A stretch of 64,000 bases of DNA from contig CALFMK010000001.1 of NCBI GenBank assembly GCA_937879955.1, forward strand, positions 5,461 to 69,460, in the 5' to 3' direction. The position numbers and the translations under genes are program-made. Origin of the DNA: an uncultured bacterium (GTDB lineage: Bacteria; Patescibacteriota; Minisyncoccia; Phycocordibacterales; Phycocordibacteraceae). Of this stretch, positions 34,934 through 43,851 are shown one piece after another; within the stretch, counting starts at the first letter, position 1, and each line of letters opens with the position of its first letter. Below the pieces are notes generated by a model. That model saw only the letters and a program-made list of their open reading frames with translations, was not told where the DNA came from and searched no databases.

Positions 34934-34979
34934 GTGGGGCAAAGTGTCATATACTGACCTATACGTGGGATGAAGTGGG
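34934..34979 (+). promoter_or_regulatory. phased GTGGG-type repeat array upstream of mraZ (candidate MraZ operator)
   Basis: GTGGG at 34934, 34965 and 34975, with degenerate GTGTC at 34944 and CTGAC at 34954, giving 10-11 bp phasing. MraZ is known to bind TGGGN repeats with about 10-bp spacing in its own promoter. Confidence 0.5.
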
Positions 34980-35025
34980 AACACGTTCCCTTCATCTTTC
35001 TCCCGCCAAAACCCTTCGTATCACT

Positions 35026-35460
35026 ATGTTCATCGGAGAATACCGCCACACTCTGGACGCGAAGAACCGCCTCTCGCTCCCGGCGAAGTTCCGCAAGGAG
35101 CTCGGCTCTTCGGTGATCGTGACGCGTGGTCTCGACCACTGCCTCTTCGTGTACCCGAAGGCGGCATGGAAGAAGGAGGCGCAGAAGTTCGCGGAGCACT
35201 CCTCGGGCGGACAGGCCGGCCGCGCGTTCGCGCGCCTCATGCTCGCGGGCGCGAACGAGGTCGACGTCGATACGGCCGGCCGCGTGCTCGTGCCTGACTA
35301 CCTCAAGACCTACGGCGCCCTCACGGGGAAGTGCGTGGTCGCGGGCGTCTCGGACCGCATCGAGATCTGGGACGAGGCGGCATGGGAGACCTACACGAAG
35401 GAGATCGAGCGCGATGCCGATTCCTTCGCGGAGACCCTCGGGGCCAAGGCGCTCGCATAA
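35026..35460 (+). CDS. mraZ: division/cell wall cluster transcriptional regulator MraZ
   Basis: Two SpoVT/AbrB-like halves, DAKNRLSLPAKFR and DTAGRVLVPDYLK. Start trimmed to MFIGEYRH at 35026. Confidence 0.9.
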   Translation: MFIGEYRHTLDAKNRLSLPAKFRKELGSSVIVTRGLDHCLFVYPKAAWKKEAQKFAEHSSGGQAGRAFARLMLAGANEVDVDTAGRVLVPDYLKTYGALTGKCVVAGVSDRIEIWDEAAWETYTKEIERDADSFAETLGAKALA

Positions 35461-35464
35461 CGGT

Positions 35465-36427
35465 ATGGATATGGCACCGGTACAGCGTCACGACACCGTC
35501 CTCCTCAAGGAGGCGGTCGACGCGCTCGAGGTCACGGCCGGCGACGTCGTCGTCGACGCGACGCTCGGCGGGGCAGGGCACTTCGGGGCGCTCCTCGCGC
35601 TGCTTGGCAAGGAGGGCACGCTCGTCGGCATCGACGCGGACAAGGATGCGCTCGTGCGCGCCCAGGCGGTCGTGGATGCGGTTCCGGAGGACGTCCGTCC
35701 GACGGTGCACCTCGTGAACGGGAACTTCCGCGACCTCGCGGTGATCCTCGACGAGCTCGAGCTCACGCCGACGAAGGTCCTCTTCGACCTCGGCTGGAGC
35801 GCCTTCCACCTCACGAGCGGGCGCGGCTTCTCGTTCCGTACGGACGAGCCGCTCCTCATGACCTACGGCGATCCTGAGGGCGTAACGACGGCAGCCGACC
35901 TCGTGAATCATCTCTCGGAGTCCTCGCTCGCCGATCTGCTCTGGTCGCTCGGCGAGGAGCGCTTCGCCCGGTCCATCGCGAAGTCCATCGTCGCCGTGCG
36001 CGAGGAGAAGCCGATCGAGACCACCGCGGACCTCGTCGCCGCGATCGGCGAGGGCGCGCCGTCCTGGTACCAGCATCGCAAGATCCATCCCGCCACGAAG
36101 ACCTTCCAGGCGCTCCGCATCGCCGTGAACGACGAGCTCGGCGCGCTGCGCGAGGGCCTTTCGGTGGCGCTAGAGCGGGTGCCTGCGGGCGGCCGCGTCG
36201 CCGTCATAACCTTCCACAGCACCGAGGACCGCATCGTGAAGACGATGCTCCGCGAGGCGGTGGACGAGGGGAGAGGGACGCTCGCGTCCCGGAAGCCGGT
36301 GGCGCCGTCGGCTGCCGAGCTCGAGAAGAACCCTCGGGCCCGCAGCGCGAAGCTCCGGACGTTCGTCGCCGGTGCGCCTGCCGTTAAGAACCGTATCAAC
36401 CTGACCTCATTTCCAGCCTATGCCTAA
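35465..36427 (+). CDS. rsmH: 16S rRNA (cytosine1402-N4)-methyltransferase
   Basis: VVDATLGGAGH, FDLGWSAFHL and ITFHSTEDRIVK. Start at the ATG at 35465 within the longer track ORF. Confidence 0.92.
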   Translation: MDMAPVQRHDTVLLKEAVDALEVTAGDVVVDATLGGAGHFGALLALLGKEGTLVGIDADKDALVRAQAVVDAVPEDVRPTVHLVNGNFRDLAVILDELELTPTKVLFDLGWSAFHLTSGRGFSFRTDEPLLMTYGDPEGVTTAADLVNHLSESSLADLLWSLGEERFARSIAKSIVAVREEKPIETTADLVAAIGEGAPSWYQHRKIHPATKTFQALRIAVNDELGALREGLSVALERVPAGGRVAVITFHSTEDRIVKTMLREAVDEGRGTLASRKPVAPSAAELEKNPRARSAKLRTFVAGAPAVKNRINLTSFPAYA

Positions 36428-36698
36428 GCTCGCCATCCCCGTCCTCGGATACTCCATCGCCGCCCTCGTCGCGACGTACCTCGTCCTGATCGTGGCCACG
36501 GTCTCGATGGCGGCATGGCAGACGAACCTCGCCATGGAGGTGCATGAGACCGAGTCGGACATCGCACGCCTCGAGTCCCGCTACTACGACATGGTGGCGC
36601 AGATCGACCGCCGGGACCCGGCGAGCATGGGCTTAGTCGCGCCGAAGGCCGTCTCCTACGCGCCGACGAAGGCCGCGCCGACATTCTCGCTCCGCTAG
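36420..36698 (+). CDS. ftsL: FtsL-like small bitopic division protein
   Basis: 92 aa with a single TM followed by a short coiled-coil-like segment. Its position lies between rsmH and ftsI. Confidence 0.55.
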   Translation: MPKLAIPVLGYSIAALVATYLVLIVATVSMAAWQTNLAMEVHETESDIARLESRYYDMVAQIDRRDPASMGLVAPKAVSYAPTKAAPTFSLR

Positions 36699-36702
36699 TC
36701 CT

Positions 36703-38430
36703 ATGCGCCGGGCGATACGAGGACGGCTCCGCATACTGACCATCGGTCTCGCTGCGGTCGCATTGCTGCTCGTCGTGCGGCTCTATTTCGTACAGGTGGT
36801 GCATGGCAGCGAGTTCGCGCTGCGCGCCGAGCGGCAGTACGTCTCGGCGAGCCAGGAGCTCTACGACCGCGGGACGATCTATTTCACCAGGAAGGACGGG
36901 ACGGTGCTCTCGGCCGCCACGCTCGCGAACGGCTTCACGGTCTCGATGAGCCCGAAGCTCGTGAAGGATCCGGAGGCGGCGTACCTGGCCATCTCCGCGC
37001 TCACGCCGATCGACCGCGACGCGTTCATGGCGTCCGCCGCACGGAAGGAGGATCCGTACGAGGTGGTGGCACGCCGTGTCGACGACGATGCGGGCCGCGC
37101 CATCGAGGCGCTCGAGATTCCAGGCATCTCGGTCTCGCGCGAGCGGTGGCGCTCTTATCCGGGAGAGACGCGCGCCGCGCAGTCCATCGGGTTCGTGGCG
37201 TTCGACGACGACGATACGCTCGCCGGCCGCTTCGGCCTCGAGCGCTACTATAACGACGTCCTGTCCCGGGATTCCGTCGGCGTGTTCGGCAACTTCTTCG
37301 CAGAGCTCTTCGCGAACGTGGACAACGCGACGTCCGAGGCGCGCGAGACCCGCGAAGGCGACCTCATAACCTCCATCGAGCCCGTGGTGCAGGAGAAGCT
37401 CGACCAGGTGCTCGCCTCCGTGAACGCGCAGTACGGCTCCCTCGAGACCGGCGGCATCGTCATGGATCCTGCCACCGGCGAGATCATCGCGCTCGACACG
37501 GCGCCCTCATTCGACGCGAACGACTTCGCGAACGGGGACTCGTCGCATTTCGGAAACCCGCTCGTGGAGCACCGCTACGAGTTCGGGTCGATCGTGAAGG
37601 CGCTCACCATGACCGCGGGGCTCGACTCGGGCGTCGTGACCGCGGACTCGACCTATAACGACACCGGCTGCACGACGCTCAACAACAAGACGTTCTGCAA
37701 CTACGACCTCAAGGCGCGCGGCATAACGCCGATGCAGGAGGTGCTCTCGCAGTCCCTGAACATGGGCGCGTCCTACATCGCGCTCAAGGTCGGGCACGAG
37801 AAGCTGCGGACGTACTTCAAGGACCTCGGCATGGCTACCGAGACCGGCGTCGACCTGCCGAGCGAGATCCGTGGCGACCTCGCGAACATCGAGACGTCCC
37901 CGCGCGACATCGAGTACGCCACGGCCTCCTACGGGCAGGGCATCGCGCAGACCCCGATGCAGATGGTGCGGGCGCTGGGCGCCTTGGCCAACGGCGGACA
38001 GGTGGTGACACCGCACCTCGTCTCGAAGATCCGCCTCGAGTCCGGCATCGAGAAGCAGCTCTCCTGGGGCACGCCCGAGCGCGTCTTCAGCGCGAAGGCT
38101 ACCGAAGAGACCACGCGCATGCTCGTGAAGGTGGTGGACACGAAGCTCGCGAACGGGACCGTGAAGATCCCGGAGATGAGCGTGGCCGCGAAGACCGGCA
38201 CCGCCCAGATCGCGGGCCCGGGCGGCAAGTACGCGGAGGGGAAGTACTTCCACTCCTTCTTCGGGTACTTCCCGGCGTACGACCCGAAGTTCATCATCGT
38301 CCTTTACACGCGCGAGCCGCAGGGCGTACAGTACGCCTCTGAGACGCTGACGCTGCCCTTCATGGATCTGACACACTTCCTCATCAATTATTACGAGATC
38401 CCGCCCGACCGGGCCGACTATCCCGCCTAG
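36703..38430 (+). CDS. ftsI: penicillin-binding protein 3-like (division transpeptidase)
   Basis: N-terminal TM, PBP dimerisation domain, SxxK (GSIVKA), SxN (SLN) and KTG (KTGTAQ). Confidence 0.88.
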   Translation: MRRAIRGRLRILTIGLAAVALLLVVRLYFVQVVHGSEFALRAERQYVSASQELYDRGTIYFTRKDGTVLSAATLANGFTVSMSPKLVKDPEAAYLAISALTPIDRDAFMASAARKEDPYEVVARRVDDDAGRAIEALEIPGISVSRERWRSYPGETRAAQSIGFVAFDDDDTLAGRFGLERYYNDVLSRDSVGVFGNFFAELFANVDNATSEARETREGDLITSIEPVVQEKLDQVLASVNAQYGSLETGGIVMDPATGEIIALDTAPSFDANDFANGDSSHFGNPLVEHRYEFGSIVKALTMTAGLDSGVVTADSTYNDTGCTTLNNKTFCNYDLKARGITPMQEVLSQSLNMGASYIALKVGHEKLRTYFKDLGMATETGVDLPSEIRGDLANIETSPRDIEYATASYGQGIAQTPMQMVRALGALANGGQVVTPHLVSKIRLESGIEKQLSWGTPERVFSAKATEETTRMLVKVVDTKLANGTVKIPEMSVAAKTGTAQIAGPGGKYAEGKYFHSFFGYFPAYDPKFIIVLYTREPQGVQYASETLTLPFMDLTHFLINYYEIPPDRADYPA

Positions 38431-38433
38431 ACC

Positions 38434-39717
38434 ATGAAAACCTTCCTGAAGTCCGTCGTCGCCATGCTCCTCGCGGTCCTCGCGAAAGCGGTTGTGCGCA
38501 AGTACCGCCCGCTCGTCGTGATGGTGACCGGAAGCGTCGGGAAGACCTCCACGAAGGATGCGCTCGCGTCCGTGCTCGCCGCCCGCTACCACCTGCGCGC
38601 GAGCGAGAAGAGCTATAACAGCGAGTTCGGCGTCCCGCTCACGATCCTCGGCAGCAAGAACCCGTGGGAGAAGCCGGCGGCATGGCTGCGTGTGGTCGAG
38701 GAGGCGTTCGCGCTCCTCCTCCTTCCGAACCATTACCCGAAGCTCCTCGTGCTCGAGGTGGGTGCGGACCGTCCCGGCGATCTCGCGCGCATCCTGCGCA
38801 TCGTGCGCCCTGACGCGGTGGTGGTCACGCGCCTGCCGGACGTGCCGGTGCACGTGGAGGCGTACGCGAGTCCGCAGGCCGTGCGCGACGAGGAGTTCAC
38901 GCCTGCCTATGCGCTCATCGCGGGCAGCCCGCTCGTGGTCTCCGCCGACGATCCGAACGCCATGACCATGGCGAGCCTGCTGCCGCTCTCCATTAGCACC
39001 TTCGGCTTCTCGGACGGCAGCGACGTCAGGCTCGAGGGGTACTCGTTCTTCGAGGACGGGGAGGTCTGCGGCATGGAGGCCACGCTCAACGTGCGCGGCA
39101 CCTCCTGCACGCTGCGGGTGCCGGGCGCGCTCGGGAAGAGCCAGCTGTACGCGCCTGCCGCCGCCATCGCCTGCGCGCTCACCCTCGACCTCACGCTCGA
39201 AGAGGCACTCAAGGGTGCGGAGAGCTACGTGCCGCCGGCCGGCCGCGGCCGCATCCTGGCCGGCAAGAACGGCTCGCTCCTCATAGACGATTCCTATAAC
39301 GCCTCCCCGGCCGCGGTCGAGGAGGCGCTTTCCGCGCTCCAGCTCCTGACGGGCCGCAAGCGCCGCATCGCGGTGCTCGGCGACATGCTCGAGCTCGGCC
39401 GGTACTCGGCGGAAGAGCACGAGCGCGTGGGAGCGCTCGCGGCAGGGAAGGTGGACGTGGTGGCCGCGGTAGGGACCCGCTCCCGCGCTACCGCCGCCGC
39501 CGCGATCAGCGCCGGGATGAAGGAAGAGGCCGTGTTCTCGTTCGATACCGCGAAGGACGCGGCAGACATGCTCGAGGGCTTTCTCGAGGAGGGGGACGCG
39601 GTGCTCGTGAAGGGCTCGCAGGGCATCCGTACGGAGCGGGTCGTGGAGCGCCTCCTCAAGGACCCGGCTGACTTGCCGAAACTGGTGCGTCAGGAGCGGG
39701 AGTGGAAGAGGCGATAG
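38434..39717 (+). CDS. murF: UDP-N-acetylmuramoyl-tripeptide--D-alanyl-D-alanine ligase
   Basis: Mur ligase P-loop TGSVGKTSTKD. C-terminal domain DDSYNASP...VLGDMLELG. Confidence 0.88.
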   Translation: MKTFLKSVVAMLLAVLAKAVVRKYRPLVVMVTGSVGKTSTKDALASVLAARYHLRASEKSYNSEFGVPLTILGSKNPWEKPAAWLRVVEEAFALLLLPNHYPKLLVLEVGADRPGDLARILRIVRPDAVVVTRLPDVPVHVEAYASPQAVRDEEFTPAYALIAGSPLVVSADDPNAMTMASLLPLSISTFGFSDGSDVRLEGYSFFEDGEVCGMEATLNVRGTSCTLRVPGALGKSQLYAPAAAIACALTLDLTLEEALKGAESYVPPAGRGRILAGKNGSLLIDDSYNASPAAVEEALSALQLLTGRKRRIAVLGDMLELGRYSAEEHERVGALAAGKVDVVAAVGTRSRATAAAAISAGMKEEAVFSFDTAKDAADMLEGFLEEGDAVLVKGSQGIRTERVVERLLKDPADLPKLVRQEREWKRR

Positions 39718-39771
39718 ATTGACTTTCTATTTTAGATACGTATAGTTCAGGCAGAAGAAAAGGAGCATCAG

Positions 39772-40137
39772 ATGCTTTCAGAAGAAGTGCGCGTACGTCT
39801 GCGCGAGATGGGAGTCTTCCCGACTGACGAGGACATGCATCGGCGAAAGGACGCCAACCCCTTCTTCGAGATCCGGCCTGACAGCGAATCTCCGACCGAG
39901 ACAGAACTGAATCGTCTGACCGCTCTGACCGAGGCCTATCGGGAATGCTTCGGCGACGCCGCGACGATCAGGACGTTCTGGGGCGTGATGGCGAATACCA
40001 TTACGCTTTGGAAGTGTAAGGGTACCTGGCGCATGCGTCGCATGACGTGGACCGACAAGGGAGAGTGGACACCAGCACCGAATGGCGTCAGTATCGAAGA
40101 ACTGTTCCTAAAGGTTGCCCGCGGCACGACCGCCTGA
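39772..40137 (+). CDS. hypothetical protein
   Basis: TTGACT-N16-TATAGT promoter and AAGGAG SD upstream. A long hairpin plus T-run follows at 40130-40179. Confidence 0.55.
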   Translation: MLSEEVRVRLREMGVFPTDEDMHRRKDANPFFEIRPDSESPTETELNRLTALTEAYRECFGDAATIRTFWGVMANTITLWKCKGTWRMRRMTWTDKGEWTPAPNGVSIEELFLKVARGTTA

Positions 40138-40179
40138 CCAGAGAGACCGCACGGCTCTCGGGTCGGGCGGTTTTCTTTT
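40130..40179 (+). terminator. intrinsic terminator after 39772-40137
   Basis: CCGCCTGACCAGAGAG...CTCTCGGGTCGGGCGG imperfect long hairpin followed by TTTTCTTTT. Confidence 0.6.
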
Positions 40180-40189
40180 ATGGAAACGA

Positions 40190-40217
40190 GCAAAGCCGCC
40201 CTTTCGGACGGCTTTGC
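40190..40217. terminator. hairpin just downstream of tRNA-Glu
   Basis: GCAAAGCCG-(10 nt)-CGGCTTTGC. Confidence 0.45.
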
Positions 40218-40221
40218 TGCT

Positions 40222-40296
40222 TGGTGACCTCACGGGGAATCGAACCCCGATTTGATCCGTGAGAGGGATCTGTCCTAGCCGTTAGACGATGAGGCC
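40222..40296 (-). tRNA. tRNA-Glu (anticodon CTC), CCA encoded
   Basis: Cloverleaf folded by hand. Acceptor GGCCTCA/TGAGGTC, D-arm GTCT-AACGGCTA-GGAC, anticodon stem GATCC/GGATC with loop CTCTCAC, T-arm CGGGG-TTCGATT-CCCCG, then A plus CCA. Confidence 0.93.
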
Positions 40297-40409
40297 GTGC
40301 AAGATTTATACCAGATTCCTCTGGGGAATTCAAACCAGTCCAGCACCCTCAGGAGATTGATTTACCCTCGTCGGAGGGTATAGTCCTCGAGGAGAGAGAA
40401 GGAGGAGAG

Positions 40410-40817
40410 ATGCACGATTATTTCGAGATCGTCGTCCCGCGCCAGACGCAGGATCCGATCGCATATATCGAGTTAGCGGAATGGGGAACGGCCACGGTCC
40501 TCTGTGCCCGAAAACGGGTCCGCATCACGTTCGAGATGACCTTCCCGTCGCAGGAGCACATGGACTCGTTCCTCGAAGCGCGTCGCACGCACCGATACGC
40601 GCAGTATGGCGGCCGCATCACGGCGCTCACGCCGACGCACCTGAGCGAGCAAATCCCGTCATCTGAGAGCGAAGATGGGGACAGTCTGGTACTCGGGATA
40701 CGGCAGCTGGCCGAGGTGTTCGGCGTAACGGAGAAGGAGTTCAAGGCGGCGAGGACGCTCGCGGAGTCCGCCATCCTCTCGAAGTACCGTTTCGGAAGAA
40801 GGAGAGCGTCTACCTAA
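40410..40817 (+). CDS. hypothetical protein with possible C-terminal HTH
   Basis: TTGATT-N16-TATAGT promoter and GAAGGAGGAG SD. The C-terminal LGIRQLAEVFGVTEKEFKAAR is HTH-like. Confidence 0.55.
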   Translation: MHDYFEIVVPRQTQDPIAYIELAEWGTATVLCARKRVRITFEMTFPSQEHMDSFLEARRTHRYAQYGGRITALTPTHLSEQIPSSESEDGDSLVLGIRQLAEVFGVTEKEFKAARTLAESAILSKYRFGRRRAST

Positions 40818-40858
40818 TCGACCCCTGCCGCATGGCACGGGGTCGATTTCTTCATGGC

Positions 40859-41686
40859 TCAGCGGTATTCCCGGATCCAGCATCCCATGCCGAGGATCTG
40901 CCGGTAGGTGCCGATCCTCGTCCTCCGGATGGAGAGCGCCATGCCTCGGGTGCCGAGCGCGCGGCCGATGCGCTCGGCAAGCGAGCGCATGTAGGTTCCT
41001 GACGCGCAGGTCACGCGGAGCCGCATGCTAGCGAAGCTGCGATCAGCCATGTCGTCGAACGTGTCCTTCCATGCGGCGCGTATCTCGTCCTGCCTGAAGT
41101 CCCGTCCGAGCGCTTTCGACTCATCGTCGGTGCGTGGTGCCAGATCGAGCATCGCCATGACGCGCTTCTCGAGGTCCTTCGCATCGATCTTCAGGATGTC
41201 GAGATCCGCTATGCGATAGATGGTCTCGGTGTGCGTCGGCATATCGACGGCATCGAGCGTGCCCTCGAGCGCGTGCAGGAAGAGCGGCCTGCCGCCTACG
41301 GTCTTCGACGAGTAGGGCGGGTACGGGATATCCTTCGCGCCCGTTTCCGCCTTGAGCGCCTTCCGGACCGTCCTGCCATCGGGATGGGACGCAGTTCCTG
41401 CGTAGGACGGCATGCCGAGCACGTCCCCCGTGTCAGTCGCCAGATCGAGCAGGACCTCAACCTCGTATTCCTTGTCGAGCCCGAGATATGCCTCCTTGCG
41501 CTTGCACTCGTCGCCGAGCAGCACGAGGAGCGCTCCTTCGGCCATCGGATCGAGCCTGCCGGCGTAGGTGGCCGGGAGGTGCGCGTATCGGGGATTTTCC
41601 CGCTTCCAGTCCTGAAGCGCTTGGAGCGGCGTCTGGCCGATTTTCTTATGGAGTACGATCGGGCCGGTCGGCTGGATGCTCTGCAT
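40859..41686 (-). CDS. truB: tRNA pseudouridine(55) synthase
   Basis: HKKIGQTPLQAL and catalytic YAGRLDPMAEGALLVLLG. Start trimmed to MQSIQPTG at 41686. Confidence 0.88.
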   Translation of the reverse strand: MQSIQPTGPIVLHKKIGQTPLQALQDWKRENPRYAHLPATYAGRLDPMAEGALLVLLGDECKRKEAYLGLDKEYEVEVLLDLATDTGDVLGMPSYAGTASHPDGRTVRKALKAETGAKDIPYPPYSSKTVGGRPLFLHALEGTLDAVDMPTHTETIYRIADLDILKIDAKDLEKRVMAMLDLAPRTDDESKALGRDFRQDEIRAAWKDTFDDMADRSFASMRLRVTCASGTYMRSLAERIGRALGTRGMALSIRRTRIGTYRQILGMGCWIREYR

Positions 41687-41758
41687 GGTGGGTTGATGAT
41701 ACCGGCAACAGCCAGGAAAAGAAAAAGGCCCCGACATGATGTCGGGGCCAATGCTGCC

Positions 41759-42766
41759 TCATATAGGGGCGGAAAGTGCGTAGTCTCCGGTCCTCGTGGT
41801 GCGAAGCGCGCTGAGGCCGTGGCTGTGATAGAGCGCCCTCCATTCGGCATACTCCGCCGCGCTCAGTCCCGGATACTTTGCCAGGACGTAGGGAAGCGGG
41901 ATGCCGCCCTTCTCGACGAGCAGGACGATCACCGCCTTGCGGCGTATGACCCATCGCGTGTCCTGCGCTTCGGACGGGAGGTCCTCGGCGCAGATCTTCA
42001 TTCCCAGGGGGCCCGTGATCGTCTTCTTCGGGTCGAAGCAGACCGTCGGGTTCGCGCTCGGATCGAGCCTGAGCTCGCCGAAGTAGTAGCCGCGGCCCCA
42101 GACGGTCCTGAGCGGAGGGTTACCCGGGAAGAACGCCCCGAGAGCCTTCCGCATCCTGCACGCATGCACGTCGATTATCTTCGGATCGACATGCGTGCCT
42201 TCCTCGTGCCTCGCATCCAGCAGCATCTGCCGCGTATGGATGATCCCGGACTTCGAGATGAGGGTCGTGAGCAGGCGGGCCTCGTCAGGGGTGATGCGCG
42301 CGCGCTGGCCCCCGATGAAGACCTCGTCGAGCCCGTTGATGACGATCGGAACGCCTTCGTGCACGGACTCGAGCTTGGTCGCGACGGATTGCAGCTCGGC
42401 TCCGTCTTCAAGCGCGAGCATGTAGCCCCTCCTGGGATGCGTGCTGATGACCTGCCTTGCGGCGGGGTGGCACGCGGCGAGCCGCATGCGGATATGGTGG
42501 ATATGGGTGTCGATCACCTTATCGAGCGGAGGATGCTCCTTGTTGCCGTCGATGACGCGCTTGAGGCTCGCCTTCGACTGCAGATGGCCACGCCGATCCA
42601 TCATGTAGAGGAAGAGCTTCTGCTCCGAAGGCGTGAACTTGGCGGAGATCTCGTTTACTGAGACCTGGCCGCTCGAGGCGATCTTGAACACCAGCTCTCC
42701 GTACGTAAGCTGGATAGGGTCTCGCTGGGGAGCCGCGTGGGTTCCCGTACGTTCGACGACGCTCAT
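41759..42766 (-). CDS. receiverless regulator with two tandem OmpR/PhoB-type winged-helix domains and a C-terminal DUF1153-like HTH
   Basis: Domain 1: FTPSEQKLFLYMMDRRGHLQSKASLKRVI...VIDTHIHHIRMRL...ISTHPRRGYML. Domain 2: ITPDEARLLTTLISKSGIIHTRQMLLDA...IIDVHACRMRKAL...LRTVWGRGYYF. Tail: RWVIRRKAVIVLLVEKGGIPLPYVLAKYPGLSAAEYAEWRALYHSHGLSALRTTR. Start set to the ATG at 42766 with an AGGAG SD; the track start is 42820. Confidence 0.75.
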   Translation of the reverse strand: MSVVERTGTHAAPQRDPIQLTYGELVFKIASSGQVSVNEISAKFTPSEQKLFLYMMDRRGHLQSKASLKRVIDGNKEHPPLDKVIDTHIHHIRMRLAACHPAARQVISTHPRRGYMLALEDGAELQSVATKLESVHEGVPIVINGLDEVFIGGQRARITPDEARLLTTLISKSGIIHTRQMLLDARHEEGTHVDPKIIDVHACRMRKALGAFFPGNPPLRTVWGRGYYFGELRLDPSANPTVCFDPKKTITGPLGMKICAEDLPSEAQDTRWVIRRKAVIVLLVEKGGIPLPYVLAKYPGLSAAEYAEWRALYHSHGLSALRTTRTGDYALSAPI

Positions 42767-42854
42767 GTACTTGCTCCTAGATACCTTGGTTTCAACGAAT
42801 CCAGAGCCAGTAAATGACAAGAAGGAGGCCGTGTCAATAAATAGGACAATGGAA

Positions 42855-42883
42855 AGAGCCGCCCTTCATGGAAGGGCGGCTCT
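42855..42883 (-). terminator. 13-bp hairpin after the CtrA-like copy 1 gene
   Basis: AGAGCCGCCCTTC-ATG-GAAGGGCGGCTCT. Confidence 0.55.
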
Positions 42884-42912
42884 GCTTGAAGCACGCACTG
42901 CTGATACTGCTC

Positions 42913-43683
42913 TCAGGCCATCGGCGCCGGACTCGGGGCGCCGGAGCCGTTCGTGAAGGCCGGTCTCGCGGCCTCGGCGATCGGAAGATCTTCTGCCATC
43001 ACGCGCTCGTTCGGGTCGCGCAGCACGTAGCCGCGGCCCCAGACGGTCTCGATGTGGTGCCTGCCGCTGTTACCGGAAGCGAGCTTCCTGCGCAGCTTGC
43101 AGACGAACACGTCCACGATCTTGAGTTCCGGCTCGTCCATGCCGCCGTACAGGTGGTTCAGGAACATCTCCTTGGTGAGGGTGGTGCCCTTGCGCAAGGA
43201 GAGGAGCTCCAGTATCTGGTACTCCTTGCCGGTCAGGTGCACGTGCTTCCCGCCGATCTCGACGGTCTTCGCGTCGAGGTTCACGACGATCTCGCCGGTC
43301 TTGATGACCGACTGGGCATGACCCCGCGAGCGCCGCACGATCGCGTGGATGCGCGCGATCATCTCGTCCTTGTGGAACGGCTTGGTCATGTAGTCGTCGG
43401 CGCCGCCCGCGAAGGTCTTCACCTTCATGTCGATCTCGGCGGATCGCGCCAGGATCATGATCGGCGTGTTGACCTTCGCGACCCTGATGGTGCGAAGCAC
43501 GTCGATCGCTGACATGTCGAGCAGGTCGAGACTGAGTACGATCATGTCGTAGTCATATATCTTTGCCAGATCGACGCCCTCCTCGCCCAGGTCGGTCACG
43601 TAGACGTTGAAGCCTTCCGACTTCAGCATCAGCTCGATCGTCTGGGCGGTAGCGCTGTCGTCTTCGATCAGGAGAATACGCAC
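42913..43683 (-). CDS. CtrA-like response regulator paralog with degenerate receiver (Ser at the phospho-acceptor position) and a C-terminal Pro/Ala-rich extension
   Basis: GTG start with a [47 protein letters not shown]... The expected [11 protein letters not shown] reads [12 protein letters not shown], and the conserved T/S reads A ([10 protein letters not shown]). The output domain [52 protein letters not shown]...[11 protein letters not shown] is near-identical to copy 2. Confidence 0.85.
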   Translation of the reverse strand: MRILLIEDDSATAQTIELMLKSEGFNVYVTDLGEEGVDLAKIYDYDMIVLSLDLLDMSAIDVLRTIRVAKVNTPIMILARSAEIDMKVKTFAGGADDYMTKPFHKDEMIARIHAIVRRSRGHAQSVIKTGEIVVNLDAKTVEIGGKHVHLTGKEYQILELLSLRKGTTLTKEMFLNHLYGGMDEPELKIVDVFVCKLRRKLASGNSGRHHIETVWGRGYVLRDPNERVMAEDLPIAEAARPAFTNGSGAPSPAPMA

Positions 43684-43736
43684 GCTTAGCTCTCCTCTGT
43701 GTCTGTTTGATTATCGGGAACGCATGTCTGGGATTG

Positions 43737-43764
43737 ATGATAGTGATTATCCGGGCATTGTCAA
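43737..43764 (-). promoter_or_regulatory. sigma70-type promoter of CtrA-like copy 1 (TTGACA-N16-TATCAT)
   Basis: -35 at 43764-43759 and -10 at 43742-43737 on the minus strand. Paralogous in sequence to the promoter at 44597-44624. Confidence 0.6.
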
Positions 43765-43800
43765 AAGTAGCGAATGCTCCTGTCCCTCAGGTAAGAAATT

Positions 43801-43826
43801 GGCCGCCCTTCGTGAGAAGGACGGCC
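43801..43826 (-). terminator. hairpin after the canonical ctrA-like gene
   Basis: GGCCGTCCTTC-TCAC-GAAGGGCGGCC on the minus strand, followed by AATTTCTT. Confidence 0.5.
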
Positions 43827-43851
43827 AGGTATCTTCGGATGGGTGATGCTA

